Source: an uncultured Bacteroidales bacterium (GTDB lineage: Bacteria > Bacteroidota > Bacteroidia > Bacteroidales > B18-G4). From it: a DNA stretch of 64,000 nt. The notes below the pieces were generated by a model. The model had not been told where the DNA came from, did no database searches, and saw nothing but the letters and a program-made list of their open reading frames with translations. Shown here in pieces: positions 9,973 to 17,560 of this stretch. The stretch lies in contig CAZHFC010000009.1 in assembly GCA_964531985.1 (NCBI GenBank), forward strand, positions 15,160 through 79,159. The letters are read 5' to 3'. Each line of letters opens with the position of its first letter. Positions within the stretch are counted from its first letter, which is position 1. A program made the translations under genes and the position numbers.

Positions 9973-10428
9973 TTAGTATTCACGCTCCATGGTGAGTTCG
10001 GCTTTTTCATTCCACATCTTCCAGTGGCCGGTCTTCTTGCCTTTCTTATAGTACATTTCATAACGTTGTGTACCGTTACTGTCCCAGATGTTCCAGGGGC
10101 CATGTTTTGTGCCGTTGTGGTAGGAGGCTTCGGCGGTCTTGGTCCCGTTCTCATCCCAGCTTTCCCAAAGCCCGTGGTTTTTACCTTTTTTATAGACCCT
10201 GTGCTCTTTTTTCTGCCCGTTTTCATAGTAATGAAACGCGTGGCCGTGTTCAAGGCCTTTGCTTATTTCCTTTTCGAGTTTCAGGTTCCCGTTAATATGG
10301 TATTCGGTGTATTTTCCCGTGAACAACTTGCCATTCTGATAGTATTTACCATTTTTAAACTGTACTTCCTGCGACAGAATCGTTATAGCCGGTATCAGCA
10401 GGATCAGAGATAAAATTATTTTTTTCAT
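9973..10428 (-). CDS. MORN-variant repeat protein (YwqK-like), secreted
   Basis: The internal Met at 10428 gives signal peptide MKKIILSLILLIPAITILSQ. Repeated G-x-Y-x-x-Y/W-x-x-NG units follow (GKYTEYHINGN, HGHAFHYYENGQ, HGLWESWDENG, HGPWNIWDSNG, TGHWKMWNEK). Confidence 0.75.
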   Translation of the reverse strand: MKKIILSLILLIPAITILSQEVQFKNGKYYQNGKLFTGKYTEYHINGNLKLEKEISKGLEHGHAFHYYENGQKKEHRVYKKGKNHGLWESWDENGTKTAEASYHNGTKHGPWNIWDSNGTQRYEMYYKKGKKTGHWKMWNEKAELTMEREY

Positions 10429-10451
10429 TATCAAATGGTTAATTTTCATTT

Positions 10452-10459
10452 CAAAGGTA
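10452..10459 (-). promoter_or_regulatory. Candidate -7 box TACCTTTG
   Basis: ~23 nt upstream of the ATG at 10428 and downstream of the 10503..10530 terminator. Confidence 0.5.
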
Positions 10460-10502
10460 CAAAATTTGCTGAAAATGCCTGATGTCAATATGCCTGGCTT
10501 AT

Positions 10503-10530
10503 AAAAAAAAGACAAACCCCGGGGTTTGTC
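10503..10530 (-). terminator. Rho-independent terminator after 10563..10907
   Basis: Perfect palindrome GACAAACCCCGGGGTTTGTC, followed on the minus strand by a run of 8 T. Confidence 0.75.
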
Positions 10531-10562
10531 TTCATAATATGAATTGAATAATTATCAGACGA

Positions 10563-10907
10563 TTAATTTACATTTTGCAGCATGACTTTCAGTTGCTTTT
10601 CTGTTGGTTTGCTGAGGTCCACTTCCAATTGGCCGGTTTCATAGGAGATCAATGAAACGGTGATCTTGTATTCGGCGGGTTTCAGGTTTTCGAAAGAGAA
10701 ACAGCCGTCAAAATCAGAGAATACCTGCTGATCGAGGCCGTCAAGCTGTACCATGACGCCGGCAAGGGTTTCACCGGTAATTTTGTCGAGGACTTTGCCA
10801 CTCAGGCTGGTGGTGGTTGCGGGTGCTTCGGTTTTACCTTCATTGCCGGCAAAGGAAACCTGCAACCCGATGAACATACCTATTAATAGAATAATGATTG
10901 CTTTCAT
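10563..10907 (-). CDS. Small secreted carboxypeptidase-regulatory-like (CarboxypepD_reg) domain protein
   Basis: Signal peptide from the internal Met (MKAIIILLIGMFIGLQVSFA). The block LSGKVLDKITGETLAGVMVQL...FSDFDGCFSFENLKPAEYKITVSLISY is typical of the Ig-like regulatory domain. The track ORF extends to a GTG at 10925. Confidence 0.6.
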   Translation of the reverse strand: MKAIIILLIGMFIGLQVSFAGNEGKTEAPATTTSLSGKVLDKITGETLAGVMVQLDGLDQQVFSDFDGCFSFENLKPAEYKITVSLISYETGQLEVDLSKPTEKQLKVMLQNVN

Positions 10908-11014
10908 GTTTTTATGATTTGCCACAAAAATATGCCGGTATTGCTTCCGATGGGCATCCGGAGCCTTTAAGAAATCTTTATCTTTATGTTAAGGGAATGT
11001 TAAGCAAGTTGTCG

Positions 11015-11554
11015 TCACCTGATTATCAGCGGAGTACTTATGGTATTGCTTTCGTTCAGGGCACGGTCGATGATGTATGCTTCGAACAGAACGGTGTCGA
11101 AACTTGAATTGAAATTATAAATGAAGAGCGTGTCATAGATCTCTCCGCTGATGGCTTTGTTGGTTCCTCCGGGTGTGAGGTTTGGTATGCGGGCGCTGAG
11201 GGTAAGGGTATCATATTGCCCGCTTTGGGGATTAAACCAGAGGATGGGAACTTCCTTCAATTCACCGTTTTGCATTTCAAAATAGGTAATGATCAGGTTA
11301 TAATGGTATTTTGAGGAAGGGTTGAAAGGCGGGAATGTATCACTATTTTCAAGGCCAATGTCCCCGTCACCGTCTTCGAATGAAAATGCCAGTACGCCGC
11401 GTTCGTAAATGCCGAGATCGGGATTGTATATCTTGTCAAAACTAATGAACTCAATACGTGGTATCTCAGAAAAATTCCTTGTTTTTTTACAGGAAATGGC
11501 TGATATTGTCAATGCAAGAACCAGGATAAAGCTTATTTTTGAGAAATACCTCAT
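11015..11554 (-). CDS. Hypothetical lipoprotein
   Basis: 179-aa ORF with lipoprotein signal MRYFSKISFILVLALTISAISC. I did not recognise a family. Confidence 0.55.
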   Translation of the reverse strand: MRYFSKISFILVLALTISAISCKKTRNFSEIPRIEFISFDKIYNPDLGIYERGVLAFSFEDGDGDIGLENSDTFPPFNPSSKYHYNLIITYFEMQNGELKEVPILWFNPQSGQYDTLTLSARIPNLTPGGTNKAISGEIYDTLFIYNFNSSFDTVLFEAYIIDRALNESNTISTPLIIR

Positions 11555-11593
11555 ACCGGTATAGGTTTATGATGTAAAGATACAAAAAAGCCG

Positions 11594-12595
11594 TTGGCTG
11601 TTAATACAAACATAGCATTACTGAGTGAAAAGCTTTTCAATGTGCTTAGCAGTGAAGAGTTTAACGCGCTTGCGATAGAAATATTTCGTTACCAGGGACG
11701 TCATAACCCCGTATACCGTGATTACCTGGCTTACCTGGGTATCAGGATAAACGAGGTGAAAACCATAGAAGAGATACCTTTTCTCCCCATAATTTTTTTC
11801 AAAACAAAGCAAGTGGTCAGCGGAGGGCGGGAGGCGCAGCTTGTGTTTTCAAGCAGCGGAACAGGGGGGATGGAAAGAAGCCGGCATTATGTCCATGATC
11901 CGGATTTGTATCATAAGAGCTTCTATAAATGCTTTAAAATGTTTTACGGCGATCCCGGTCGTTACGCCATTCTCGGTCTGCTGCCTTCCTATCTCGAAAG
12001 GCAGGATTCGTCGCTGGTTTATATGGTGAACGGTCTGATGCGGGCAAACAGGAATGAGCCTGATGGCTTTTTCCCGGATGATTGTAAGGGCCTGGCGGAT
12101 AAACTGTCCCGGCTTTCGGATTCGGGAAAACCGGTCCTGCTCATTGGGGTTTCGTTTGCCCTGCTCGATTTTGCGGAAAAGTCCGGCATGGCACTGGGCC
12201 GTAACATTACCGTTATGGAAACCGGCGGCATGAAAGGGCGCCGCGAGGAGATCACCCGGGAGCAACTGCACAGCATTCTTTGTGAAGCCTTTCACAAAAC
12301 CAGCATACATTCCGAATATGGCATGACCGAATTGCTTTCGCAGGCATATTCTTCCGGCCGGGGCCGTTTCCGTGCCCCCCCATGGATGCGGGTACTTGTC
12401 CGCGATATACAGGATCCGTTCAGCCTGCTTCAGCCCGGCAAAACAGGCGCCCTTAATGTGATCGACCTGGCCAACATCCACTCCTGTTCCTTTATCGAAA
12501 CCCAGGATATCGGACGCCTGCTGCCCGGCGGAGCTTTTGAAATACTCGGGCGAATGGATAACAGCGATATGAGGGGATGCAGCCTCCTGCTGTAA
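11594..12595 (+). CDS. LuxE-family acyl-protein synthetase / acyl transferase-like protein
   Basis: Blocks FRYQGRHNPVYRDYL, IPFLPIIFFK, FSSSGTGGMERSRHYV and LLPSYLERQDSSLVYM match my recollection of Bacteroidota LuxE-family proteins. The track uses a TTG start, so the true start is uncertain. Confidence 0.65.
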   Translation: MAVNTNIALLSEKLFNVLSSEEFNALAIEIFRYQGRHNPVYRDYLAYLGIRINEVKTIEEIPFLPIIFFKTKQVVSGGREAQLVFSSSGTGGMERSRHYVHDPDLYHKSFYKCFKMFYGDPGRYAILGLLPSYLERQDSSLVYMVNGLMRANRNEPDGFFPDDCKGLADKLSRLSDSGKPVLLIGVSFALLDFAEKSGMALGRNITVMETGGMKGRREEITREQLHSILCEAFHKTSIHSEYGMTELLSQAYSSGRGRFRAPPWMRVLVRDIQDPFSLLQPGKTGALNVIDLANIHSCSFIETQDIGRLLPGGAFEILGRMDNSDMRGCSLLL

Positions 12596-12725
12596 AGCCC
12601 GTTGAATTTGTTTTTATTTTTCGCCTCCGGCAAATAATCAGAATACATTATCTTAGCCGTCCGAATGATATTCGGCCGGGTTTCTTAACAGGCAGTACGG
12701 AAAACTTCCGGCAATTTCCGGAAAA

Positions 12726-13310
12726 ATGGGAAACAAACGAAACAGGCAAAGGCAGTCAAAACTACTGAAAACATTCAGGAATATCCACCGGACAACAGCG
12801 ATATTCCTGTTCGTGTTTTTCCTGTTTATTTCCATTACCGGTCTTTTGCTTGGCTGGAAAAAAAACAGTGCCGGACTGATCCTTCCCGGATCTGCCAGCG
12901 GTACCTCAGCCAACCTGGAATTATGGCTTCCCCTTGACAGCCTGCATAAGAATGCCTGCAGATTCCTTCACGATTCCGTTTCCCCTGAATTGTCGACTGA
13001 GATTGAAAGGATCGACATCCGCAAGGAAAAGGGTATGGTTAAGTTTGTTTTTACCCGGCACTATTGGTGTATTCAACTGGATGGGGTAACGGGAGAACTT
13101 TTGCAGGTTGGGAAAAGAAGATCCGACCTGATTGAGGATTTACACAATGGCCTGATACTGGATAAGTACTTCGGAACGGGCAGGGAGCAGATCAAACTGG
13201 CCTATACAAACATCATGGGCCTGGCATTGCTGGTGTTTACGGTAACCGGTTTCTGGCTTTGGTACGGCCCCAAAAGGATGAAAAATAAAAAGAAGCCTGC
13301 AAAAAACTGA
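12726..13310 (+). CDS. PepSY-associated transmembrane protein
   Basis: N-terminal TM helix in the typical context FRNIHRTTAIFLFVFFLFISITGLLLGWKKNS, a central soluble domain, and a C-terminal TM helix (IMGLALLVFTVTGFWLWY). Confidence 0.7.
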   Translation: MGNKRNRQRQSKLLKTFRNIHRTTAIFLFVFFLFISITGLLLGWKKNSAGLILPGSASGTSANLELWLPLDSLHKNACRFLHDSVSPELSTEIERIDIRKEKGMVKFVFTRHYWCIQLDGVTGELLQVGKRRSDLIEDLHNGLILDKYFGTGREQIKLAYTNIMGLALLVFTVTGFWLWYGPKRMKNKKKPAKN

Positions 13311-13466
13311 TCACTTCATATTTTGGATCAAGGGGGCAATTCTTTGGGGATGGATGGCCCCCCCGACCTGACCCGGGCCAGCAGGCAAAGACCAGGATGC
13401 AACTGAGCGGAAATGCATACTGATTTCACCGGCCGAAAATGGCGGGGCAATATACTGAGCGACTGC

Positions 13467-13501
13467 AAAAAAAAACGGGGCTGCCATGCCTGACATCCCC
13501 G
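13467..13501. terminator. Possible bidirectional terminator between convergent genes
   Basis: A 5-bp GC stem (CGGGG/CCCCG) with a 16-nt loop, flanked by A9 on one side and GTTTCAATTTT on the other. On the minus strand it gives hairpin+T9, 25 nt after the stop at 13526. The stem is weak. Confidence 0.4.
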
Positions 13502-13525
13502 GTTTCAATTTTCCCCTTACGGGGG

Positions 13526-16500
13526 CTATTTCAAAATCAGTTTTTGTGTATACCTGTTTGTACCGGAGGTGATGGACAGAATATACAGCCCTTTCGGGGC
13601 ATTTTCAAGATCAATTTCCGTATTATGGCCCGGAAGAATGTTCAGGATACGGTTATAAACCTCTTTACCCAGAATGTTGCAGATCCTAACGCGGGCATGC
13701 CCGATATGGCCGGAAGCGGCAAGATTGAACCGGCCTGTGCCGGGATTGGGGTAAAGCTTAAACCTTATTTCGTCAGGCAGCTCGTTAAGCATGGTCGTAT
13801 TGTCGACAAATACCTCAAGGCTTTCCGAAAATCCGCTTTCTCCGCAGTTGTTGACGGCCCTTACCGCAATGCTTGCCGTGCCAAGGAAAGATGCATTCCA
13901 TGTGATCGTGCCGGTTGTTCCGTTACCCAGGAATTCTCCTGCATCTGAAGGATCAACCGTCCATTGGTAGAATTCGGCATGGCTTACGGCCTGGGTTGTA
14001 TAATCGCTTGCGGAAACCTGGTACAGATTAACGTAAGAGGGTCCGTCAGGTATTTCCGGGGTCCCGGGCGCATCAATAATTGAAAGGGTCATCTCATCAT
14101 CAACGGTGGCGCCTTCTGCATCTTCAGCCGCCAGGGTCAGTTCAGCAATGCCGCTGGCAATGTCGCCGGGCCCGGGCGTGTAATAAGGCTCAAGGATGTA
14201 TGGATCATCGAAACTTCCGTCGCCGGAAGTACTCCATTCAACCGCTACCCAGTCGGTAGCCTGTCCGTGACACTGGTAAGCTTCGCCGGTGCAGGTATAA
14301 TCATCGGGCCCGGCATAACAGGTCAGGGTCATCAGGGCCGGAAAAGTGATGAAATCAAGCCATGCGCAGTCGTGCCCCGACATGCCGGCGGCATCTTTGC
14401 CATATACCCATTTGAAGGTATGGTTTCCCGGGTTCACGGCAAAGGCCTCACGTGTCCAGGAACCTCCAACGCCCGACCATTCACCCATCATGACGTTGTT
14501 AATATAGAATTTAAGCTTATCCTTTCCGCTTTGCGAGGAAACTTTGTAAATAAATGTGACGGAATCGGGCAGCATTACTTCCGCGTCGATATAAAGTACG
14601 CTGGATTCATTGTCGGCAATGTTCCCTGACCGGGCCGAATAATTTCCTTCATATGGATTGAGGCTGGTGATCTGCCAGGGATTTTCACCTGCCATCTGCC
14701 AGTCGAATTTGGTAAAGTCGCCGGTTTCGAAGTCTTCATAGATCAGCCCGATCTTTTTACTGAAGTCTTTTGATGCGCTGTACTCACCGGATGTGAGCAG
14801 GTAGGTGAATTCGGCGATGGCCGATCCATCGGGGGCGTCGGGGTCGACACTCACCGGGTATTCGGAATATTTAAAACCAAGCAGGCCAAGATCACCGATC
14901 GTGTCAATGGTATTACCCAAAGTCAGATACTGGCTGGTGGAGATCAACTCGCCAACGGTCCCGGTCGTTTCACAATGCCCGGTATTCCTGTTCACTATTT
15001 TGAGGATGGCTGTTTCGCCCGGATCGAGGCGCCCGTTTCCGTTGCCGCCCTGGCTGTCGTCGATGATCATGGAGCCGATGGTCAGTTCGGGGGCATGGAT
15101 AATAAGTTCATAGGGATAGATCCATGTTTCTTTGGAGGTATTTTCGATTTCGATATCGAGAGTGACCGTGTGCATGTCGGGAACATCGGATGCGATGGAA
15201 ATGTTGAAAACCCCCTCTTCGGTGATAATGCTCTGTCCGGGAATGACCGGCCAGCTGTGGTTATCCTTGGTGATGGTGATATAATCGTCATCGCCCGAAA
15301 GGCTGGTAACCGTATTGGCTGCATCGCCGTTTCCAAGATTTTCGAGGCTGATGTTGAGCGAGATATCTTCACCGAAATCAGCAAATTGATTATTGTTTCC
15401 CGAAGTGTCAACAATGGTAATGTCATCGATCATCAGGTAAGGGCCTGCCGGGGAGGTGATCAGAACTGTTCCGAAAAATGGCTGTCCGTTTTGCCTGGTC
15501 ACGATAACATCGGCGATGCCTTCCTCCGTCAGTGGCGGGAATTCAAGGATGGCGATCCCATCCGGTCCCGCCAGGGCAGCCCCGATGTATTCATTGTCGA
15601 GGGTCAGGCCCACATAGGCATAAGCCTCTGTGTTAACGGTAAAGGATATGCTCTGAAGGGGCAGCAGGGGGAGGTAGGTTGCCGCGGTTACCGGGGGCTC
15701 AGAGAAATAAACCATCAGCGAGGGGTCGCCGATAATATTATAAACATCCCAGTAATACATGGCCATACCGGGTACCCCTTCCGTTACGGCAAGGTTGCCG
15801 GCAAAGATCATCTCATGCGTGCTTACATACCATTCGCTGAATTCTTCCCCATGGTCATGGAAGGCACGATCATAAAAGCCCAGAGTGGTTTCATAATATG
15901 ATGGCGGGTTCTGGTTGATCAGCCCAACCCCAACGGCGAAATAATAATCTTCATCCCAGTACGTACTGTTGGAGGCGCCGATATATCCCACTGCGCCTTT
16001 GTTCTCGGCCCTGACAATGGCTTCGGCAAAACATTCGTTCAACTGGTATTCACTCGAGGAACAGCAATTCCCGACAAGCACGCCGTATTTGTCCTGGTTT
16101 TGAAGATTTGCAATGTCGGAGATGGTAAAGGAGGGGTCGGCCCAGCCGTTCGGGCTGCAATGGGCCGTATAGTTTCCAAAGGTTACCCCGTCGCTGATGT
16201 TCTGCTGAATCTGCAGGCTGTTCGATCCCGATTGCGGGTAAAGGTAAGTGTGTGATGTGATCCCGTGGTCGGGGTTGAAGTAGTTAATGGTACCGTAATT
16301 GATCTGACCATTGGCCCAGTTATAGCCATGTGAACCGTCCATCCCTGCTACCATCACCACTTCGTTGAGATAATCAGGATCGGGCATGGTATATTTTTCA
16401 TATTGCAGGGTTTTGTCAATATAAGGCTGCAGTTGTACCGGATTCTGGGCAGAGAACCTCCCGTAATAGATCTCCGGGAAAAGGTCGCCGGTAAATTCGC

Positions 16501-17500
16501 AGTAATTCCTGTCGGTTACCCCGTTTCCGTTGTTCCATGAAGGGATCTGCTGTATGTCGCCTACAAAAAGCACATAGGAGGGTGCCGGGCTTTCGGGTGT
16601 GCCGGCATCATAAAGGCCCTGTATATAGGATTTGATGGATGATAAAGAACTTCCAACGCCCTGCTCATCGGTGTACGCTTCAACCACGATAAAGCCCTTT
16701 TGGGTTTTCCACTGAATGAAATCCTGGAGCTGACTCTCGAACATACGGTCGGAAATGATCACATATTTGACGGGATAGCGCATAAAATTTTCCCGGTTCG
16801 CAGTTGTTTCCGTATTGAGGAGCTGCCTGTTTACCGAACGGAAAACGGGCGATGCATATTTTTCTTCCAGAGAAAGGGTTGCCGCAATGTCGGCATTTTC
16901 GAAGTAAATGCTGAAGTCGATGCGGTGATACACCCTTAATACATGCCGAACGGGGTCATAACGGAAGGGAATGAAGTTGATCCGGGCAATGCGCTTGTCG
17001 CGTAAAATGCCCAGCATGTCGACACTCAGCAACTCGTGGCTCTCAAAGCCCCTGTTTGCATAGGCCGTTGCATCATAAACAAACTCATGCATGTCCTCGC
17101 TTTTGCTCATGGGGGGCTGTGCCGGATATACGGGCGCCATGATACCTTCCTTTGCCAGGTCAATGTCTTCATATTCGAAATGGCTTATCGTTACCACGGC
17201 TTCGGCTCCCAGCGGCACCCTGATCAGCTTTCTGTTTGCCGGCATCTCGGGATGTCCGTATACTTCAGTATATGAATGTTCAGGCAGGCTGAGGCGGCTG
17301 AAAAGCCCTTCCGGGGTATTTACTTCTGAAGCAGAAAATCCCGCTGTAAAGAGCGTGCCCGAAAACTCGTGAAAAGAATTGGTTTCGATGCTGAAGCCTT
17401 TCTCCTGCCGGCTTTCAAGACTGATATGATATTGTGAATGGCCGTAGGCGAACAGCAGGAAACCGGTGACCGTCAGAAGCAGTTTGATGATGGTTTTCAT
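13526..17500 (-). CDS. C25 (gingipain-family) cysteine peptidase, subfamily A1, T9SS cargo
   Basis: Signal peptide. Gingipain-like core (VLFVGDIQQIPSW, YYGRFSA). Candidate His447 in NYTAHCS (16160..16162) and Cys479/480 in GNCCSS (16061..16066). CARDB-like doublet (14756..15448), module C (14336..14752), module D (14072..14332), module E (13799..14071). CTD: LYPNPGTGRFNL...GLYILSI...KLILK. Confidence 0.85.
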   Translation of the reverse strand: MKTIIKLLLTVTGFLLFAYGHSQYHISLESRQEKGFSIETNSFHEFSGTLFTAGFSASEVNTPEGLFSRLSLPEHSYTEVYGHPEMPANRKLIRVPLGAEAVVTISHFEYEDIDLAKEGIMAPVYPAQPPMSKSEDMHEFVYDATAYANRGFESHELLSVDMLGILRDKRIARINFIPFRYDPVRHVLRVYHRIDFSIYFENADIAATLSLEEKYASPVFRSVNRQLLNTETTANRENFMRYPVKYVIISDRMFESQLQDFIQWKTQKGFIVVEAYTDEQGVGSSLSSIKSYIQGLYDAGTPESPAPSYVLFVGDIQQIPSWNNGNGVTDRNYCEFTGDLFPEIYYGRFSAQNPVQLQPYIDKTLQYEKYTMPDPDYLNEVVMVAGMDGSHGYNWANGQINYGTINYFNPDHGITSHTYLYPQSGSNSLQIQQNISDGVTFGNYTAHCSPNGWADPSFTISDIANLQNQDKYGVLVGNCCSSSEYQLNECFAEAIVRAENKGAVGYIGASNSTYWDEDYYFAVGVGLINQNPPSYYETTLGFYDRAFHDHGEEFSEWYVSTHEMIFAGNLAVTEGVPGMAMYYWDVYNIIGDPSLMVYFSEPPVTAATYLPLLPLQSISFTVNTEAYAYVGLTLDNEYIGAALAGPDGIAILEFPPLTEEGIADVIVTRQNGQPFFGTVLITSPAGPYLMIDDITIVDTSGNNNQFADFGEDISLNISLENLGNGDAANTVTSLSGDDDYITITKDNHSWPVIPGQSIITEEGVFNISIASDVPDMHTVTLDIEIENTSKETWIYPYELIIHAPELTIGSMIIDDSQGGNGNGRLDPGETAILKIVNRNTGHCETTGTVGELISTSQYLTLGNTIDTIGDLGLLGFKYSEYPVSVDPDAPDGSAIAEFTYLLTSGEYSASKDFSKKIGLIYEDFETGDFTKFDWQMAGENPWQITSLNPYEGNYSARSGNIADNESSVLYIDAEVMLPDSVTFIYKVSSQSGKDKLKFYINNVMMGEWSGVGGSWTREAFAVNPGNHTFKWVYGKDAAGMSGHDCAWLDFITFPALMTLTCYAGPDDYTCTGEAYQCHGQATDWVAVEWSTSGDGSFDDPYILEPYYTPGPGDIASGIAELTLAAEDAEGATVDDEMTLSIIDAPGTPEIPDGPSYVNLYQVSASDYTTQAVSHAEFYQWTVDPSDAGEFLGNGTTGTITWNASFLGTASIAVRAVNNCGESGFSESLEVFVDNTTMLNELPDEIRFKLYPNPGTGRFNLAASGHIGHARVRICNILGKEVYNRILNILPGHNTEIDLENAPKGLYILSITSGTNRYTQKLILK

Positions 17501-17521
17501 TTGTTTTACATTGAAAAGATT

Positions 17522-17551
17522 AAAAAAAAAGCCTCCCGGCTGACGGGAGGC
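17522..17551 (-). terminator. Rho-independent terminator between the two A1 C25 genes
   Basis: GCCTCCCG-GCTGA-CGGGAGGC (8-bp GC-rich stem), followed on the minus strand by T9. It lies 10 nt after the stop at 17561 and only ~21 nt before the ATG at 17500. Confidence 0.8.
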
Positions 17552-17560
17552 AGTATATTG

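Noticed and set aside
10898-11107. 69-aa plus-strand ORF (TTG start) spanning the spacer between two minus-strand genes.
   Set aside because: It overlaps the 5' end of 10563..10907 and the 3' end of 11015..11554 on the opposite strand, and it has no recognisable features.
13311-13508. 65-aa minus-strand ORF in the convergent spacer between the PepSY gene and the first C25 gene.
   Set aside because: It overlaps the terminator-like hairpin and A/T runs. Its Ala/Pro/Gly-rich translation has no signal peptide or motif, and no promoter box precedes it.
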